A stretch of 63,216 nucleotides of DNA, filler included, from Chrysochromulina tobinii (GCA_001275005.1; 8 parts of 8 records of this genome joined end to end with filler, not necessarily neighbours in it), one strand, 5' to 3'. Positions 10,788 through 22,200 are shown, numbered from the whole stretch's first letter. Numbers and translations are program-made. The notes: generated from the letters alone by a model not told the origin.

Positions 10788-11870
10788 ATGATTGCGTTAC
10801 AGCTCGCGCTGACGCTGTGGCCCCTTGCGCTGCATCCGCTCGCTGCTGGATCGGCGGCTGACATCATAAGCCGTCGTACCTACGGTGTACAGCTCAGCGC
10901 CAAAGGCTTGCCTGTCGCAGTGTACACATCGGAAGCATGCGTCGGCCACGACCCGGGCTGGATGCATCCCGAGAAGCCGGAGCGCTTGATCACCTTGTTG
11001 AACGCGATGCGCGGCGAGTGGGCGCGTGCCTTTGGCGATAGGATGCGCGTGCACGAGCCAGAAGTCGAGGTGACGGATGAGCAGCTGCTGCGAGTGCACA
11101 CACCCGAGCACCTGAAGGTGGTCGAAGACGCTTACAAGCAACTCAACCTGATCCGGCGCCAGGTCAAGATCGATGCGGACACGGTTGTGAGCCCGGGCTC
11201 GGAGCTGGCCGCGAAGCGAGCCGCTGGGCTCGTCGTCGCGGCCGTCGACGACCTGATGTCCAGGTCGGTGGAGGTGAAGCGTGCGTTCGTCATGGTTCGT
11301 CCTCCGGGGCACCACGCCGAGGCAGATAAGCCTCAAGGCTTCTGCTTGTACAACAACGTCTTGGTGGGCGTGGCTCACGCGCAGGCCGTGCATGGCATCA
11401 AGCGGGTGGCGATTCTCGACTTTGATGTGCACCATGGCAACGGTGACGAGGCGATCGCTATGACGGACCGTTCGCGGCTCTACGCTTCCTCACATCAGTC
11501 GCCTTGCTACCCAGGCACGGGCTTGACGCCGGGTGCGTCGGGGCCGCACAAGAACATCTGGAACGTGCCGCTGGAGCCGGGTGCGGGCTCAGCCGAGTTC
11601 CGAGCGGCGTGGACGAAGACGCTGCTGCCCGCCGTACGTCGGTTCAAGCCAGACGCCATCTTCATCAGCGCGGGCTTCGACGCCCATGCAGAGGACCCGC
11701 TTGCTTCTGTCCAACTGTCCGATGAGGACTTCTCATGGATCACCAAGGAGATTGTGAGCACAGTCGGAAACGGCCGGCTGCCCATCATCTCCGTGCTCGA
11801 GGGCGGCTACAATGTGGTGTCGCTCGAGAGGGCCGTGCGGGCGCATTTGGAAGCGTTGATGAAGGCATGA
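10788..11870 (+). CDS. Histone deacetylase superfamily protein (class II/AcuC-like) with N-terminal signal peptide
   Basis: Motifs HPEKPERL, RPPGHHA, GFC, DFDVHHGNG, SAGFDAH and LEGGY; hydrophobic N-terminus MIALQLALTLWPLALHPLAAG. Confidence 0.92.
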   Translation: MIALQLALTLWPLALHPLAAGSAADIISRRTYGVQLSAKGLPVAVYTSEACVGHDPGWMHPEKPERLITLLNAMRGEWARAFGDRMRVHEPEVEVTDEQLLRVHTPEHLKVVEDAYKQLNLIRRQVKIDADTVVSPGSELAAKRAAGLVVAAVDDLMSRSVEVKRAFVMVRPPGHHAEADKPQGFCLYNNVLVGVAHAQAVHGIKRVAILDFDVHHGNGDEAIAMTDRSRLYASSHQSPCYPGTGLTPGASGPHKNIWNVPLEPGAGSAEFRAAWTKTLLPAVRRFKPDAIFISAGFDAHAEDPLASVQLSDEDFSWITKEIVSTVGNGRLPIISVLEGGYNVVSLERAVRAHLEALMKA

Positions 11871-11996
11871 CGAAGTTGCTGGTCCCCCCACGCGTTGTTC
11901 CTAATAGCCACGCATACTGAATTTGTCATGCCGCTTTCAAAAAAACCGCCGTAATGAGCGCGTTTCGTGTGAAAACCGTGCCCGCGAACTGAAATC

Positions 11997-12611
11997 ATGC
12001 GTTCCTTCGCCTCCAAAGATATCACAGCCCTCCAGCAGGAAGCGACCAAGCGCCTATGGGACGAAGATGCGGAGCTTCCATGCACCAACGGGTCGAATGC
12101 AAGTCCGCAACTCGAGAGAAAGGCTGCAAGTCCCTCAATAGCCAAGTCCCTCAAGATCCGGCATCCAGCGGGCGCAAGTGGAGCGGTCTTCCCTTCCATG
12201 CCCGAGAAGGAAAAACCTGCACGCCAGATGCCCGACTGGTTTGCCGAATCATCCCGTGCATTGCACGCTGGCAAGCGAGCCGTGGGCAGCCCGCGGCTCG
12301 CACGCCCGATCTCCCCAAGTACCACTCCAGTGATCCTTCCGGGCGAATTTGTGGGATTCCCGGCCGCGCGGTGCGATTTGATGCCAGAGCCGGTGTCGCC
12401 GAGGTCAACGTTAGCCAAAGCGTCGCCAAACAAAGCGGTGCAAGGCGCATCATCCGCAGTAGCAAGCGCGCCTAAAGCATCGAGGCTGAATGAGGCCTCG
12501 CTTCACGCACGGCACATCCTGATTCGCAGTCAGCGCATGGTGGACAAAGACTCACCTTTGAACAGATTGAGTCCACGCCCATCGCCTCGACCGCCGAAGC
12601 CGCCAGGATAG
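11997..12611 (+). CDS. Hypothetical Ser/Pro-rich protein
   Basis: 204-aa ATG-initiated ORF; no recognisable domain. Confidence 0.4.
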   Translation: MRSFASKDITALQQEATKRLWDEDAELPCTNGSNASPQLERKAASPSIAKSLKIRHPAGASGAVFPSMPEKEKPARQMPDWFAESSRALHAGKRAVGSPRLARPISPSTTPVILPGEFVGFPAARCDLMPEPVSPRSTLAKASPNKAVQGASSAVASAPKASRLNEASLHARHILIRSQRMVDKDSPLNRLSPRPSPRPPKPPG

Positions 12612-12941
12612 CGCGCATGTCCATGTTCGCTTTGAGACTTTAACGGATTAGCGCGGCGCCGCGATGACGCCCGAGCCCCGACAGGCGCGTTCAGAGCAAG
12701 AAGAAGAGCAAAAGGGTAGTATAGGTATAAATCAGATCATATGTCGAATCAAGAAGCGTCGAACTTTGAGAATTTTGCCGTATTACACGCACCGTTCTCT
12801 TTATTGATGCTCACCGTCACGAGCACCTCGCTAGCGCTGTAGCACTGTCCAGACCCGACCGAGCTGCGACTGCTCGCGCGCGTAACTCGCGCGGGACAGA
12901 TGCGCTCTACCCCGCTGCGCGCTTAAAGATACGCCGTCGTC

Positions 12942-13024
12942 CACTTGAGTCGCGGTCTCGTCATTGAGTCGCGGCTCGTCATCGAGTCGCCACTTGAGTC
13001 GCGGCCTCGTCATTGAGTCTCGCC
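12942..13024. repeat. Short tandem array of (t)tgagtcgc-based units
   Basis: About five gagtcgc/gagtctc units with ctcgtcat spacers, downstream of the translocator gene. Confidence 0.7.
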
Positions 13025-13038
13025 ATTGGGGCAGCTGC

Positions 13039-14178
13039 TTAGTCCTGTTCCATCCCCATCCGCATCCGCATCACCGCCCTCGCCACGAATGCGCGAGCGG
13101 CGAAGTCCACACGGTCAGCGACCTCTTGCACGGTCAGCGGGTTGCCCGAGGGCATCGCCGGTGAGAGCGGTGCGGAGACCGGGGCGCGGGTGGCGGAGAC
13201 GGTGGTGGCGCTAGCGGCGGAGAAGGCGGCGGAGAACGTAGCTCGCTGATGGTGCGTGATCGCGAGCGAGTAGCCCAGCGCGCCGAGGAGCGCCAGCGCG
13301 GCGCCCGCCCCCGCCTGCGGCGTGAGCCGCTGTCGAAAGAAGATGAGAGAAGCGGCCACGACGAAGCTGCGCTTGAGCGTGTTCGCGAGGGCATAGGTGA
13401 CCGGATGGATCAACGAGAGGGTGATGAAGGCGATCTCGTTGGAGAGGTACTGGAGGAGCCCCGTGCACACGAGCAGACCAACGAGCCGCCAGCCGCCGAG
13501 CGGCGCAAGGCTCGCGGCTGCCATCCGGGAGGTGCCGGCGCCACTCCATTCCATGACAGCAGCGACCGGCACGAGCACTAGGCAGCTCAGCATGGTGAGC
13601 AGCGCGTACGTGGTCTGCGCGTCGCGCGTCGCGAGGAGCCGCTTCGCGCCGATCGAGTACAGCGCGAACGCGGCGTTCGAGGTCATGCCCGCCATCAGCG
13701 AGAACGCGGAGAAATTCACGTCCCGAGCGGACACAAGCGCCACCCCGAGCACCACGAGCAGGAGAGAGAAGTAGACGGCGGGAGGGAAGGCGCGCTTGTA
13801 GAGGAGCGCGGCGAACAGGCAGGTGAAGAGCGGCTCGGCCGTCTTGACAATGTTCGAGAACGCCACAGTGCCGTAGGCCGGCGCAAGAGTCGACGTCACA
13901 TGACCAGTCGCGAGCAGAAGAACGACCGGCATGATCTGGCGCAAGTCGGCGGCGGTGAGCGAGGGTGCCTCACGGACCGGGCGCCAGGCGATGCGATCTC
14001 TCGATGGAGACGGTCGCGGGAGCGGCACCCAGAGCGGCAGCATGCACGCAGAGCCGACGGCCAGGTGAGTCGTCGCAAGTCCCCACGGATGCGGCCAGCT
14101 GTTGAGACACTGCTTGTTCGCGAGGTTGAAGAGCACGTTGAGCGACCACCAGAGTAGCAGGTTGATGCAGATGCGCAT
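13039..14178 (-). CDS. Triose-phosphate/phosphate translocator family (TPT/PPT/GPT-like) transporter
   Basis: WWSLNVLFNLANKQCLN, VAFSNIVKTAEPLF and IHPVTYALANTLKR motifs, with multiple TM helices. Confidence 0.88.
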   Translation of the reverse strand: MRICINLLLWWSLNVLFNLANKQCLNSWPHPWGLATTHLAVGSACMLPLWVPLPRPSPSRDRIAWRPVREAPSLTAADLRQIMPVVLLLATGHVTSTLAPAYGTVAFSNIVKTAEPLFTCLFAALLYKRAFPPAVYFSLLLVVLGVALVSARDVNFSAFSLMAGMTSNAAFALYSIGAKRLLATRDAQTTYALLTMLSCLVLVPVAAVMEWSGAGTSRMAAASLAPLGGWRLVGLLVCTGLLQYLSNEIAFITLSLIHPVTYALANTLKRSFVVAASLIFFRQRLTPQAGAGAALALLGALGYSLAITHHQRATFSAAFSAASATTVSATRAPVSAPLSPAMPSGNPLTVQEVADRVDFAARAFVARAVMRMRMGMEQD

Positions 14179-14218
14179 GACTGATTGAGGCGTGTCGCTG
14201 CTGCGACGGCTGCCAGCT

Positions 14219-14295
<77 letters not shown>

Positions 14296-15697
14296 GACCC
14301 TGCTGCCCCTGCTGCCCCTGCTGCCCAGCGTCCGCGAGTAGCTTGGGCCACGCCGCCATCGCCTTCGCCGCTGCCGCTGCGCCCGCAGCTGCCGCGGCCG
14401 TAGCTGCGGCCTCGGTCGCGGCGGCCGCCTCCGCCTCGGCCGCCTGTACTCTACGGGTGAGGCGTGCTGTCTCCTCGAGCGCGCGTCGCTCCGCAACGCG
14501 CTGCGCCTGCTCGGCCGCCGAGGTTGCCGCCGCCGCCGCCGCCGCCGCGCGCCGCTCGTCGTTGCAAGCAGCCTCGGCGCGTGCAACCCGAGCCCGTAAC
14601 GTCTCGATCTCGCGCGCCATCTCCGCCTTCTGCCCTTCGAGTTGAGCGCCGAGTTGAGCGCGCAGCTCGTCGGCGCGGCGCTCGGCGCGGCCTCGCTCGG
14701 TCTGATGGAGCTCCGATGAGGCGAGCGCCGCGGTGAGCTCAGATCTCGCACTCCGGAGCTCCGCCGCCAGCTGTGCGCTGACCGCGCCGCACCCGCCCTC
14801 TGCAGTCGCGCCGCCACCGACACTCAGCCGGCCGCCACCGACACTCAGACGGCCGCCGTCCATGGCGCTGGTACCGCTGATGCTCAGTCGTGCGTCGCCC
14901 GCTGCCACGGCGCTCTCCGCCGCCGCGCGCTCCGCAGTCGCGGCGGCAGCGCGCGCACGCTCGATCTCCGCCTTCGAACGCTCCAACGCAGCCGTGAGCG
15001 AGCTGCTCGTGGATGCCGCCGATGCCGCCTGCACTCGCGCCGCCGCGGCGTCGGCTCGCGCGCGGGTCGCCTCGGCCTCGGCCTCGGCCGCGCGGCGCAT
15101 CGCCGCCCGCGCCTGCTCACGTGCTCTATCGAGCTCGTGCCGCGTCTCGGCGAGCTGGGCGGCCGCCGACGCTGCCTCACTGCCGCTGCGCCCACGCGCG
15201 GCCTCGAGCTTCAGCCGTGCCTCCGCGGCCGTCGCCTCCGCCTCGCGCTGGGCGGAGCGGGCCGCCTTGAGATCGGCTCGCAGCGGTGCTGACGCCGCTG
15301 AGGCTTCGGCCGCTTCGCGCCGCGCTGCCAACACCTCGTCCTCCAGCGCCCTTACCTGGCTAGCGTGGCGCTGCCGCTCCTCTGCCGCGGAGGCCAAGGC
15401 GCCCGCGCGGCTGCTCGCGGCAGCCTCGGCGAGTGTCGCACGATCTCGTTCGCGGAGCGCCTCTTTTTTGGCCGCATCGACCTCGGCGCGCAGCTTCTGG
15501 TGATCTGCGACGGATGCCGTACGCAACTCCGAGAACGCGCCGGCCACCTCGCGCAGCTGCCGGTGGAGCGAGGCCCGCTCCTCGACCCATGCAGCCTCGT
15601 CGGCCGCATGCTGCGCCAGCTGTGCCTGCTGCTGCTCGATTGTCGCGTGTGCGACCGCGAGCGTCGACTGGTAGCGTTCGGCAAGCGACACCATCAT
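13970..15697 (-). CDS. Long coiled-coil protein with poly-Q tract
   Basis: 575-aa Ala/Glu/Arg heptad-rich ORF; its 3' end overlaps the translocator in another frame. Confidence 0.6.
14221..14292. repeat. (GCT/CAG)n microsatellite
   Basis: About 24 uninterrupted gct units. Confidence 0.97.
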
Positions 15698-16062
15698 TCA
15701 CAGGGGGTACGAAGACTTCACAAGACAAATCAAATCAAGTCACTCTCCCGTCCTCCCCTGCTGGCTTCTGGAGCACATTTGATAGGCTTCCGTATGGTTG
15801 TCTGTTGTTTCTGTACAGACTTGACTTAACTCTTCACAAGCCTGGGTCGAGTTCCCCAACCGATCCAATGAACCGATCTCATCTCAGGGCACGTACGATG
15901 GGCTTCCGTAATAGATTGCCTCTGTTGTTTTCTAAGAGTAGCTGGCTAACCTCACATGTGAGTGAATCCACGAGACATCGACGAGACGACACACGGGGAT
16001 CACTTGGATGATGTTTCGAGATGATGTTGACACACCGACGAGGCGAGGTGGCGTTTGGCATA

Positions 16063-17385
16063 TCAGGCCTCCACCGGCCGCAACGCGCGCATCAGGTCGG
16101 CGTACTCGCCAAAGGCCGTGTCCTCGACGACGCTCCCGTGCTGCATGATAGTGACCGGCGCCAGCCGGTCCGTGTAAAAGGTGACCGCCGCGTCGGCACC
16201 GTTGAGGCCGTAGAGCACATCGCTCGGCTCAAGCGCCTCCACGCGCACGTAGCCCCGAGCGCGCCCGCCCTCGGCCTCGCTGGCGGCCTCTGCTCCGGCG
16301 ACGAGCCGAAGCTTTTTGCCCGCTGCGAGCGCTGAAGCGACGGCGGCGGGTGTGACGCCTTCGATGCCACTCACGTCGACGTCGGAGAGAGCAAATGGTG
16401 CCTGGTGCTCGCCGCCGCCGCCCGACCGAGGTAGATCGAAGGAGGTCGAGGGAGATCGATGGAGGTCGAGGGCGAGGGCAAGGGCGACTACCTTCACAGC
16501 GGCGTCCATGCCCGAGGTATCGCCTGTCGGGTCAGCCTCGGCGATGCCGGCGTCCTGAGGGCAAACAGAGGAGGAGGAGGAGGTCATCAGAGGCCAACAA
16601 AGGCCATCAGAGGCACTAGCAAAGGCCATCAAGAGGCCATAACAAAGGCTATCAAGAGGCCATCGGAGGCTATCAGAGGCACGCACCTGCGCCGTCTTGA
16701 GCGCCTCTTGCATGCTCTGCCCGCGCTCCATACCCGAAAGTATGACGGAGGTCGTCGAGTTCAGCGCACCGCGAAAGCGGCGCAGCTTGGCACCGCCTGG
16801 CAAGAAGCCGGCGCGCCACGTGCTGAAGATGGGCACGCCGTCCATGACTGCGGATTCGTGCAGGTAGCGCACGCCGTGCTCCGACGCGAGCGCCAGCAGC
16901 GCGTCGCGATGGTGCACCACCGGCCCCTTGTTGGCGGAGACGGCATGGCAGCCGCGCGTGAGCGCATCGCGAATGTAGGTGGCCGCTGGCTCGCCAGCGC
17001 TGTAGTCGACGTCGATGGCCTCGACGATGGCACTCCTGGCGCCCGCCTCGGCGCACACGGGCATGCGGCCGATTATGGCGCGGATGGCGGCCTGCGTTGG
17101 CTCAGAAACTGCTTTGACGCCAGCCGGCACGTGTGTGCTGCCGTCGAGGCGCGCGCAGCCGGCTGCGACCGCATCGGCCAGCGTGGCAACTGCGGCCGCG
17201 GATAGCGGCGACTCTGACGCGTCCCAGGCGCCGTGACGAGCCACCACGGCGTGGTACACGACGCGGAGCTTATGCTCCTGCTCGAGCCTAGCGGCCTCCT
17301 GCGCAATAAGCCTGGCGAGCGCCCGATTAACGGAGCCGAAGCCGATGAGGGTGATGTGTACGGTCTTGGGCTTGCCGCTCGCCAT
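16063..17385 (-). CDS. Homoserine dehydrogenase; in-frame intron 16555-16686
   Basis: Motifs LIGFGSV, SANKGPV, HESAVMDGVPIF, LNSTT and GIAEADP..D.SGMDAAVK. Removing a GTGCGT...CAG intron of 132 nt restores KTAQ|DAGIAE. Confidence 0.9.
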   Translation of the reverse strand: MASGKPKTVHITLIGFGSVNRALARLIAQEAARLEQEHKLRVVYHAVVARHGAWDASESPLSAAAVATLADAVAAGCARLDGSTHVPAGVKAVSEPTQAAIRAIIGRMPVCAEAGARSAIVEAIDVDYSAGEPAATYIRDALTRGCHAVSANKGPVVHHRDALLALASEHGVRYLHESAVMDGVPIFSTWRAGFLPGGAKLRRFRGALNSTTSVILSGMERGQSMQEALKTAQVRASDSLRWPLDSLCYGLLMAFASASDGLCWPLMTSSSSSVCPQDAGIAEADPTGDTSGMDAAVKVVALALALDLHRSPSTSFDLPRSGGGGEHQAPFALSDVDVSGIEGVTPAAVASALAAGKKLRLVAGAEAASEAEGGRARGYVRVEALEPSDVLYGLNGADAAVTFYTDRLAPVTIMQHGSVVEDTAFGEYADLMRALRPVEA

Positions 17386-17553
17386 TGATGTGTACGGTCT
17401 TGGGCTTGCCGCTCGCCATAAAAATACACAACCTTTGCGTTTCGTCACATCACGTTGAGGGGAGCCGACGACTCTATTCGCTCGCCAGGATGGACAATCC
17501 GTTTCCTACAAATAGGATATTTAGATTGATTCCATGTGAACAAGAAAGGGCAT

Positions 17554-18390
17554 ATGGTGATGTTGCTAGCTTTGCTCGTGCCAACGCTGGCGTTTGCGCC
17601 AGTTCTGCTGCATGCGAATCGAGAACTCTACAATACTGCGCTCGCAGGCGTGCGCATGCCTGTGCGCATGCCTGGGCGCACATACAATGAGCGATCGGTG
17701 AGCATCCTCGCTCTCGAGGCCCCACCTACCAAGCAGGCGTGGCGCAATGCCGTAATTGGCATTCTCAGGCGACCGTGGAACGCTATCCTGCGGCGGCGTG
17801 CCGGTGTTGAGGCTAGGCGACTCCAATGTGGTGGCACCAAGTATGGTTGCGACCCACGCACGGCCCAGTTCGCGCTGAGTGCCCCGACAGTCGTGCTGGA
17901 CCCTAGCGGTGCAGTGGTGCCCGACGAGCTGCCGCTCGCAAACCCCGGCGTGGTCGGCGAACTGACCGGTGGCGTCGAGCATCTCAACGCCCTCCTCGCG
18001 GATGCCGCGACTGAGGATCGCGCCGTCATCCTTAAGTTCAAGCGAGATGGCTGCTCTGCATGCAACTCGACCGTGGTGCCACTCGCCACCGCCGCCGCAG
18101 CTTACGCTGGCCGCGCCGACTTCTTCACGGTCGATTTCAACCGCAATCGGGACTTCTGCAGGCAGGCTGGGATCGCGGTGGTGCCATCCGCGCACCTCTA
18201 CATGGGTGGCAAGATCGTCGACGCCATGCCGCTCGGCCCGTCCAAGTGGGCAGAGTTCCAAGCGCGCCTCTACCAGTTGCTCGGCGCGCCTGATGGCCAA
18301 CTGGTCGCTCCGGTGGCCCCGCAGAAGAAGGAGGAGGATTTTGACGATTCCACGTTGAAGATGGCTGGCCTCTTTATGGACTTGAGATGA
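17554..18390 (+). CDS. Thioredoxin-like protein, probably plastid-targeted
   Basis: Signal peptide + AFAP at the N-terminus; Trx fold with ILKFKRDGCSAC (CxxC) and the VVP cis-Pro motif. Confidence 0.75.
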   Translation: MVMLLALLVPTLAFAPVLLHANRELYNTALAGVRMPVRMPGRTYNERSVSILALEAPPTKQAWRNAVIGILRRPWNAILRRRAGVEARRLQCGGTKYGCDPRTAQFALSAPTVVLDPSGAVVPDELPLANPGVVGELTGGVEHLNALLADAATEDRAVILKFKRDGCSACNSTVVPLATAAAAYAGRADFFTVDFNRNRDFCRQAGIAVVPSAHLYMGGKIVDAMPLGPSKWAEFQARLYQLLGAPDGQLVAPVAPQKKEEDFDDSTLKMAGLFMDLR

Positions 18391-18566
18391 AGGAAGAGGA
18401 GAGCGATAGGGACGTTCTCACATTTTATAAAGTTTACGCTCTTTATACACTTTAAGTAGAAAGTACCCAACGATTTAAATTAAGGTAGTCCGCTCATGGT
18501 GTACATGGGGCAAAAACTGATCTCCAAAAGTACTGAAGGGATTTGAACGAAACTCAAGCCAGAGGT

Positions 18567-18666
18567 NNNNNNNNNNNNNNNNNNNNNNNNNNNNNNNNNN
18601 NNNNNNNNNNTTAATTAATTAANNNNNNNNNNNNNNNNNNNNNNNNNNNNNNNNNNNNNNNNNNNN
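18567..18666. other. Artificial contig linker
   Basis: N-run + ttaattaattaa + N-run. Confidence 0.99.
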
Positions 18667-19090
18667 TCAATGCAGCCTCTACAAGGGTATCGTCACGGAT
18701 GAAGCCAGGCCCAGGGTTGAGCTCGACTGTCGCCGCGGATGCGGACGGCCCACTAGCCAAATTTGCCCAAGTCGCAAACACATAGTGATGGGGCGCCATC
18801 CGCGACACAGATAGCAGGTGCAGACGCAGTCCATCGGGTGCAATCCGCCTCGTCCGACTGCCATCATCCAGCAGTGTTGAGTTTGGAGAAGCAGGAACAG
18901 GAGCGGAACCATCACCAGTAGCCCAAGCTTGCACACGGCGTTGCCGTTCGTTCCGCCACCTCGCGAGCGTCTGATCCAGCATGGCATGCTCTGTGGCCTT
19001 CGTGCGAAGGTACACGCTCAGCTTGGCCCCGTCGGGAGGCGATAGGTAGGCTTTCCAAGGAGGTCGCTCCATCCGAGGCTCGCCCTCCAC
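18667..19090 (-). CDS. Hypothetical protein, 3'-truncated
   Basis: Protein-like ORF running into the linker; no family recognised. Confidence 0.3.
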
Positions 19091-19263
19091 GCCTCCAGTG
19101 CGGCGCGGTGTTTGAAAGTTTCATTGCGTCGAGGCCATTTGCATGCAGTACATGTACTGCCATTTGCATGCAACTGAGAACCGCGGCTGTTCGAGCTCTT
19201 TCGTAGCAGAAGGGTTTCACGACGAGATCCATCCAGCGAATTGTTTGCTGTGCGCCGTCGTCG

Positions 19264-22200
19264 ATGGCGAGCCACCGCGAAGGCTCGCCGTGCGTCACGT
19301 CCTTCCCGAAAGACGCTACGGTCGCCGAGTGCCAACCCTTTTGCAGCTTCGCCGAGGCGTCTCACCACTGCCCATGGTGCAAGTGCAAAGCGTGCGCCTT
19401 TTGCACGCCGACCTCTGAGATTACCCACATCTATGCGTCTGCTGGGGTCCGCATGGTCGCCTGCACAGAAGGCATAAGCGTGCCATATCAAAATCCACGC
19501 GGCGGCACGACGCTCCAGCAATGCAAGGAGGCGTGCGATGCGGCGTCCGCCACGTGTCGCTCATTTTCGTATAGTGGTGCATTGAAGAGCTGCAAGCTGT
19601 GGAGGAGCGGGGGCGAGCCACTCTCCTTTTGCGACCGGCAAGACTGGAGCACCTACTGGCGCGTCGAGATCCCGATGAGGAGCGTGAGCGGCGGCGGCAG
19701 CACTAGCAGCAGTAGCAGCAGTAGCAGCAGTAGCAGCGCCGCCGCGCCGCCGCCCGCTGCGGCACTGCTCGGCCCGATAGGGCTGCCTCGGCGCGCCATT
19801 GTGCAGGGGCAACAGCTGGTCGACTCAGCGAGCGGTGCGGCGCTGCAGCTGCACGGCTTGAACATCTATCTGGACTACGTGCACTACGACGATATGGCGC
19901 TCATGCGGCAGCTGCTGCCCTCGGCCAACCTGGTGCGCCTCGTCGGCATCTTCTGGCACGATGCCGAGCGCCTCGCCGACTGCACGTGCTGCACGGACGA
20001 CATCACGCAGGTGCGCCACCTGCGCCGCCGAGTGACGCCGAGTGCCGCAGAGTGCCGCCGAGTGACGCCGAGTGCCGCCGAGTGCCGCCGAGTGCCTCTC
20101 TGGTTGTCTCTCTGGTTGTCTCTCTCGTGACAGCATTGAGTGTCGGGGCACGGATGGCACGTGCCGCAGGGCTATTTTGCACCGAGCTGCCTCGAGAAAC
20201 TGCTGACGGCTGTGCGGGCGATCACGAGCCGGGGCATCTGGGTGGTCGTGGCGGCCAAAGCGCGCTACGCTGCCGGTGAGGACACAAAGCCCGACGCGTC
20301 CCCGAAGCCGTGGCGAGCACCTTCTGAATTTGGTACGCCCCTTGCGCCGCACAGGTGAGAAGCCGGAGGTACATCCCGACGTCTTCCACAGCGCTGAGCT
20401 CGCGCGCCGTTTCCGCGAGCTCTGGCGATACGTGGCGCGCGCTCTCAAGCCGTTGCCGATGCTCGCGGGCATCGAGCCCATGTCCGAGCCGCGCAACAAG
20501 CAGGTGGCGCAGACGGAGGTGGCTCGCTTTTATGAGGGCGTGTGCGGCGCGGTGTACTCGGTCGACGACCGCATGCCGTGCATAGTGGGTCCGACGCCGT
20601 ATTACAAGGTCTGGCAGCTGAACTCGTCGATGCTGCTGCACTGGCCCGACGGTCGTCTGATGGAGCACATCGTGTACACCTTCGACTTTTTCGAGCCGTG
20701 GGAATACGTGACCTCGGAGGACGGGCAGCAGCTCAGCGCGGATGGGTACCCCGCCCTCTACCCGTGCGCCGTCGCGCACAAGGGGTGGGCGTCCCTCTTC
20801 TGCCCGCACGGCGCTGAGGCGCCTGTGATGGTGGACAAGCAGTGGTTACTCGGCCTGCTCGAGCGTTTCCCGCTGCAGCTGATGCGTCAGTACAACGTGC
20901 CCGTGCTGGCGAACCAGTGGGGGGTCAAGCGCTCGGTGGGGGAGGCGCGCGGTCGGCTGCGGTACGCAGAGGATGTGGCGACGCTCTTCGAAGCACACGG
21001 CGTGCACTCGGCACTGTGGATCTGGCGCTCCTATTCCAAAGATACGTGGGGCTTTGAGCTCGTGCACGAGGACGAGGCGCAGCGCGAGACGGTCGACGTG
21101 AAGCTCATGAGCACGCTCGATCGCGTCTGGCGCTCCACCAGTGCGCCCCGGCTCCTCCCACTCACGACGGCGCCTACCTTGGTCAGTACGGTTGTCAGTA
21201 CGGTCAGCGCGGCTAGCGCAGCTAGCGCGGTCAGCATAGGCGCGGCCAGGCAGCCCACCGCCAGCCACCTCACTGCCAGCCACTTGCCGCCCTCACCGTT
21301 GCCGCCGCCGCCGCCGCCCTCACCGCAGCCTTCGCCGGCGCCGCCGCCGCCGCCATCGCGCCCGCCGCCGCTCGCGCCACCGCCTAACCGGCCACAAGTG
21401 ACTGAGGCAGCCCTCGCCGGCGGCCGATCGCGCTGCGCCACCTCGCTTCCAGAGAGCAGTAGCTGTTGGGCGGAGCGCTGCTGCAACGACGCGGCGTTCA
21501 CGTGCTTCGTCAAGTTCCCGGCCGTTGCACACTGTCGGCCATCGGCATTGGGCTGCCCGTCTGGCTGGGCTTGCGGTTTCGACACAGTGCATGCGCCGTC
21601 GCTGCCGCCGCTGCCGCCGCCGCCGCCGCCGCCGCCTGCGCAGCCGCCTCCGCCGCCGCCCTCGCTGCCACTGCCGCCGCCGCGGCCGCTGCCGCCACCG
21701 CCGCTGCCCCCACCACCGCTGCCCCCACAGCCGATGCCACCACCGCCCCCGCCGCTCGGGCGCTCTCCGAGCGCCGTGCCGAGCGCCATGCCGAGCGCCG
21801 TACCGAGCGCCATGCCGAGCGCCGTGCCGAGCGCCATGCCGAGCGCCGTGCCGAGCGCCATGCCGAGCGACGCAGAGGACGGCGGCCCCACGTTGCCATC
21901 GGAGCGCTCGGGCGGTGCGGCGCGCGGCTTCGGCAGTCTAGTCGCCTTGGCGCGCTCGCACCTCCCCCCGACGCTCAACACGGCGCTGGGCTCGGCGAGC
22001 CCCGACGAGCTTCTAACCGTCGGTGCGCCCGCGCTGCTCGTGCTCATGCTCGGCGTGCTCATGCTCGGCAGACGGCTGAGCCGCTGCGGCGAGCACGGCG
22101 CGCGCTTCTCGCGCGTGGCAGCCGGTGAGGTGGACGGGGCGAGTGGTGTGGCCGGCGAGGACGGCGAGGACGACGACGTGGAGGAGGACGATGATGATGA

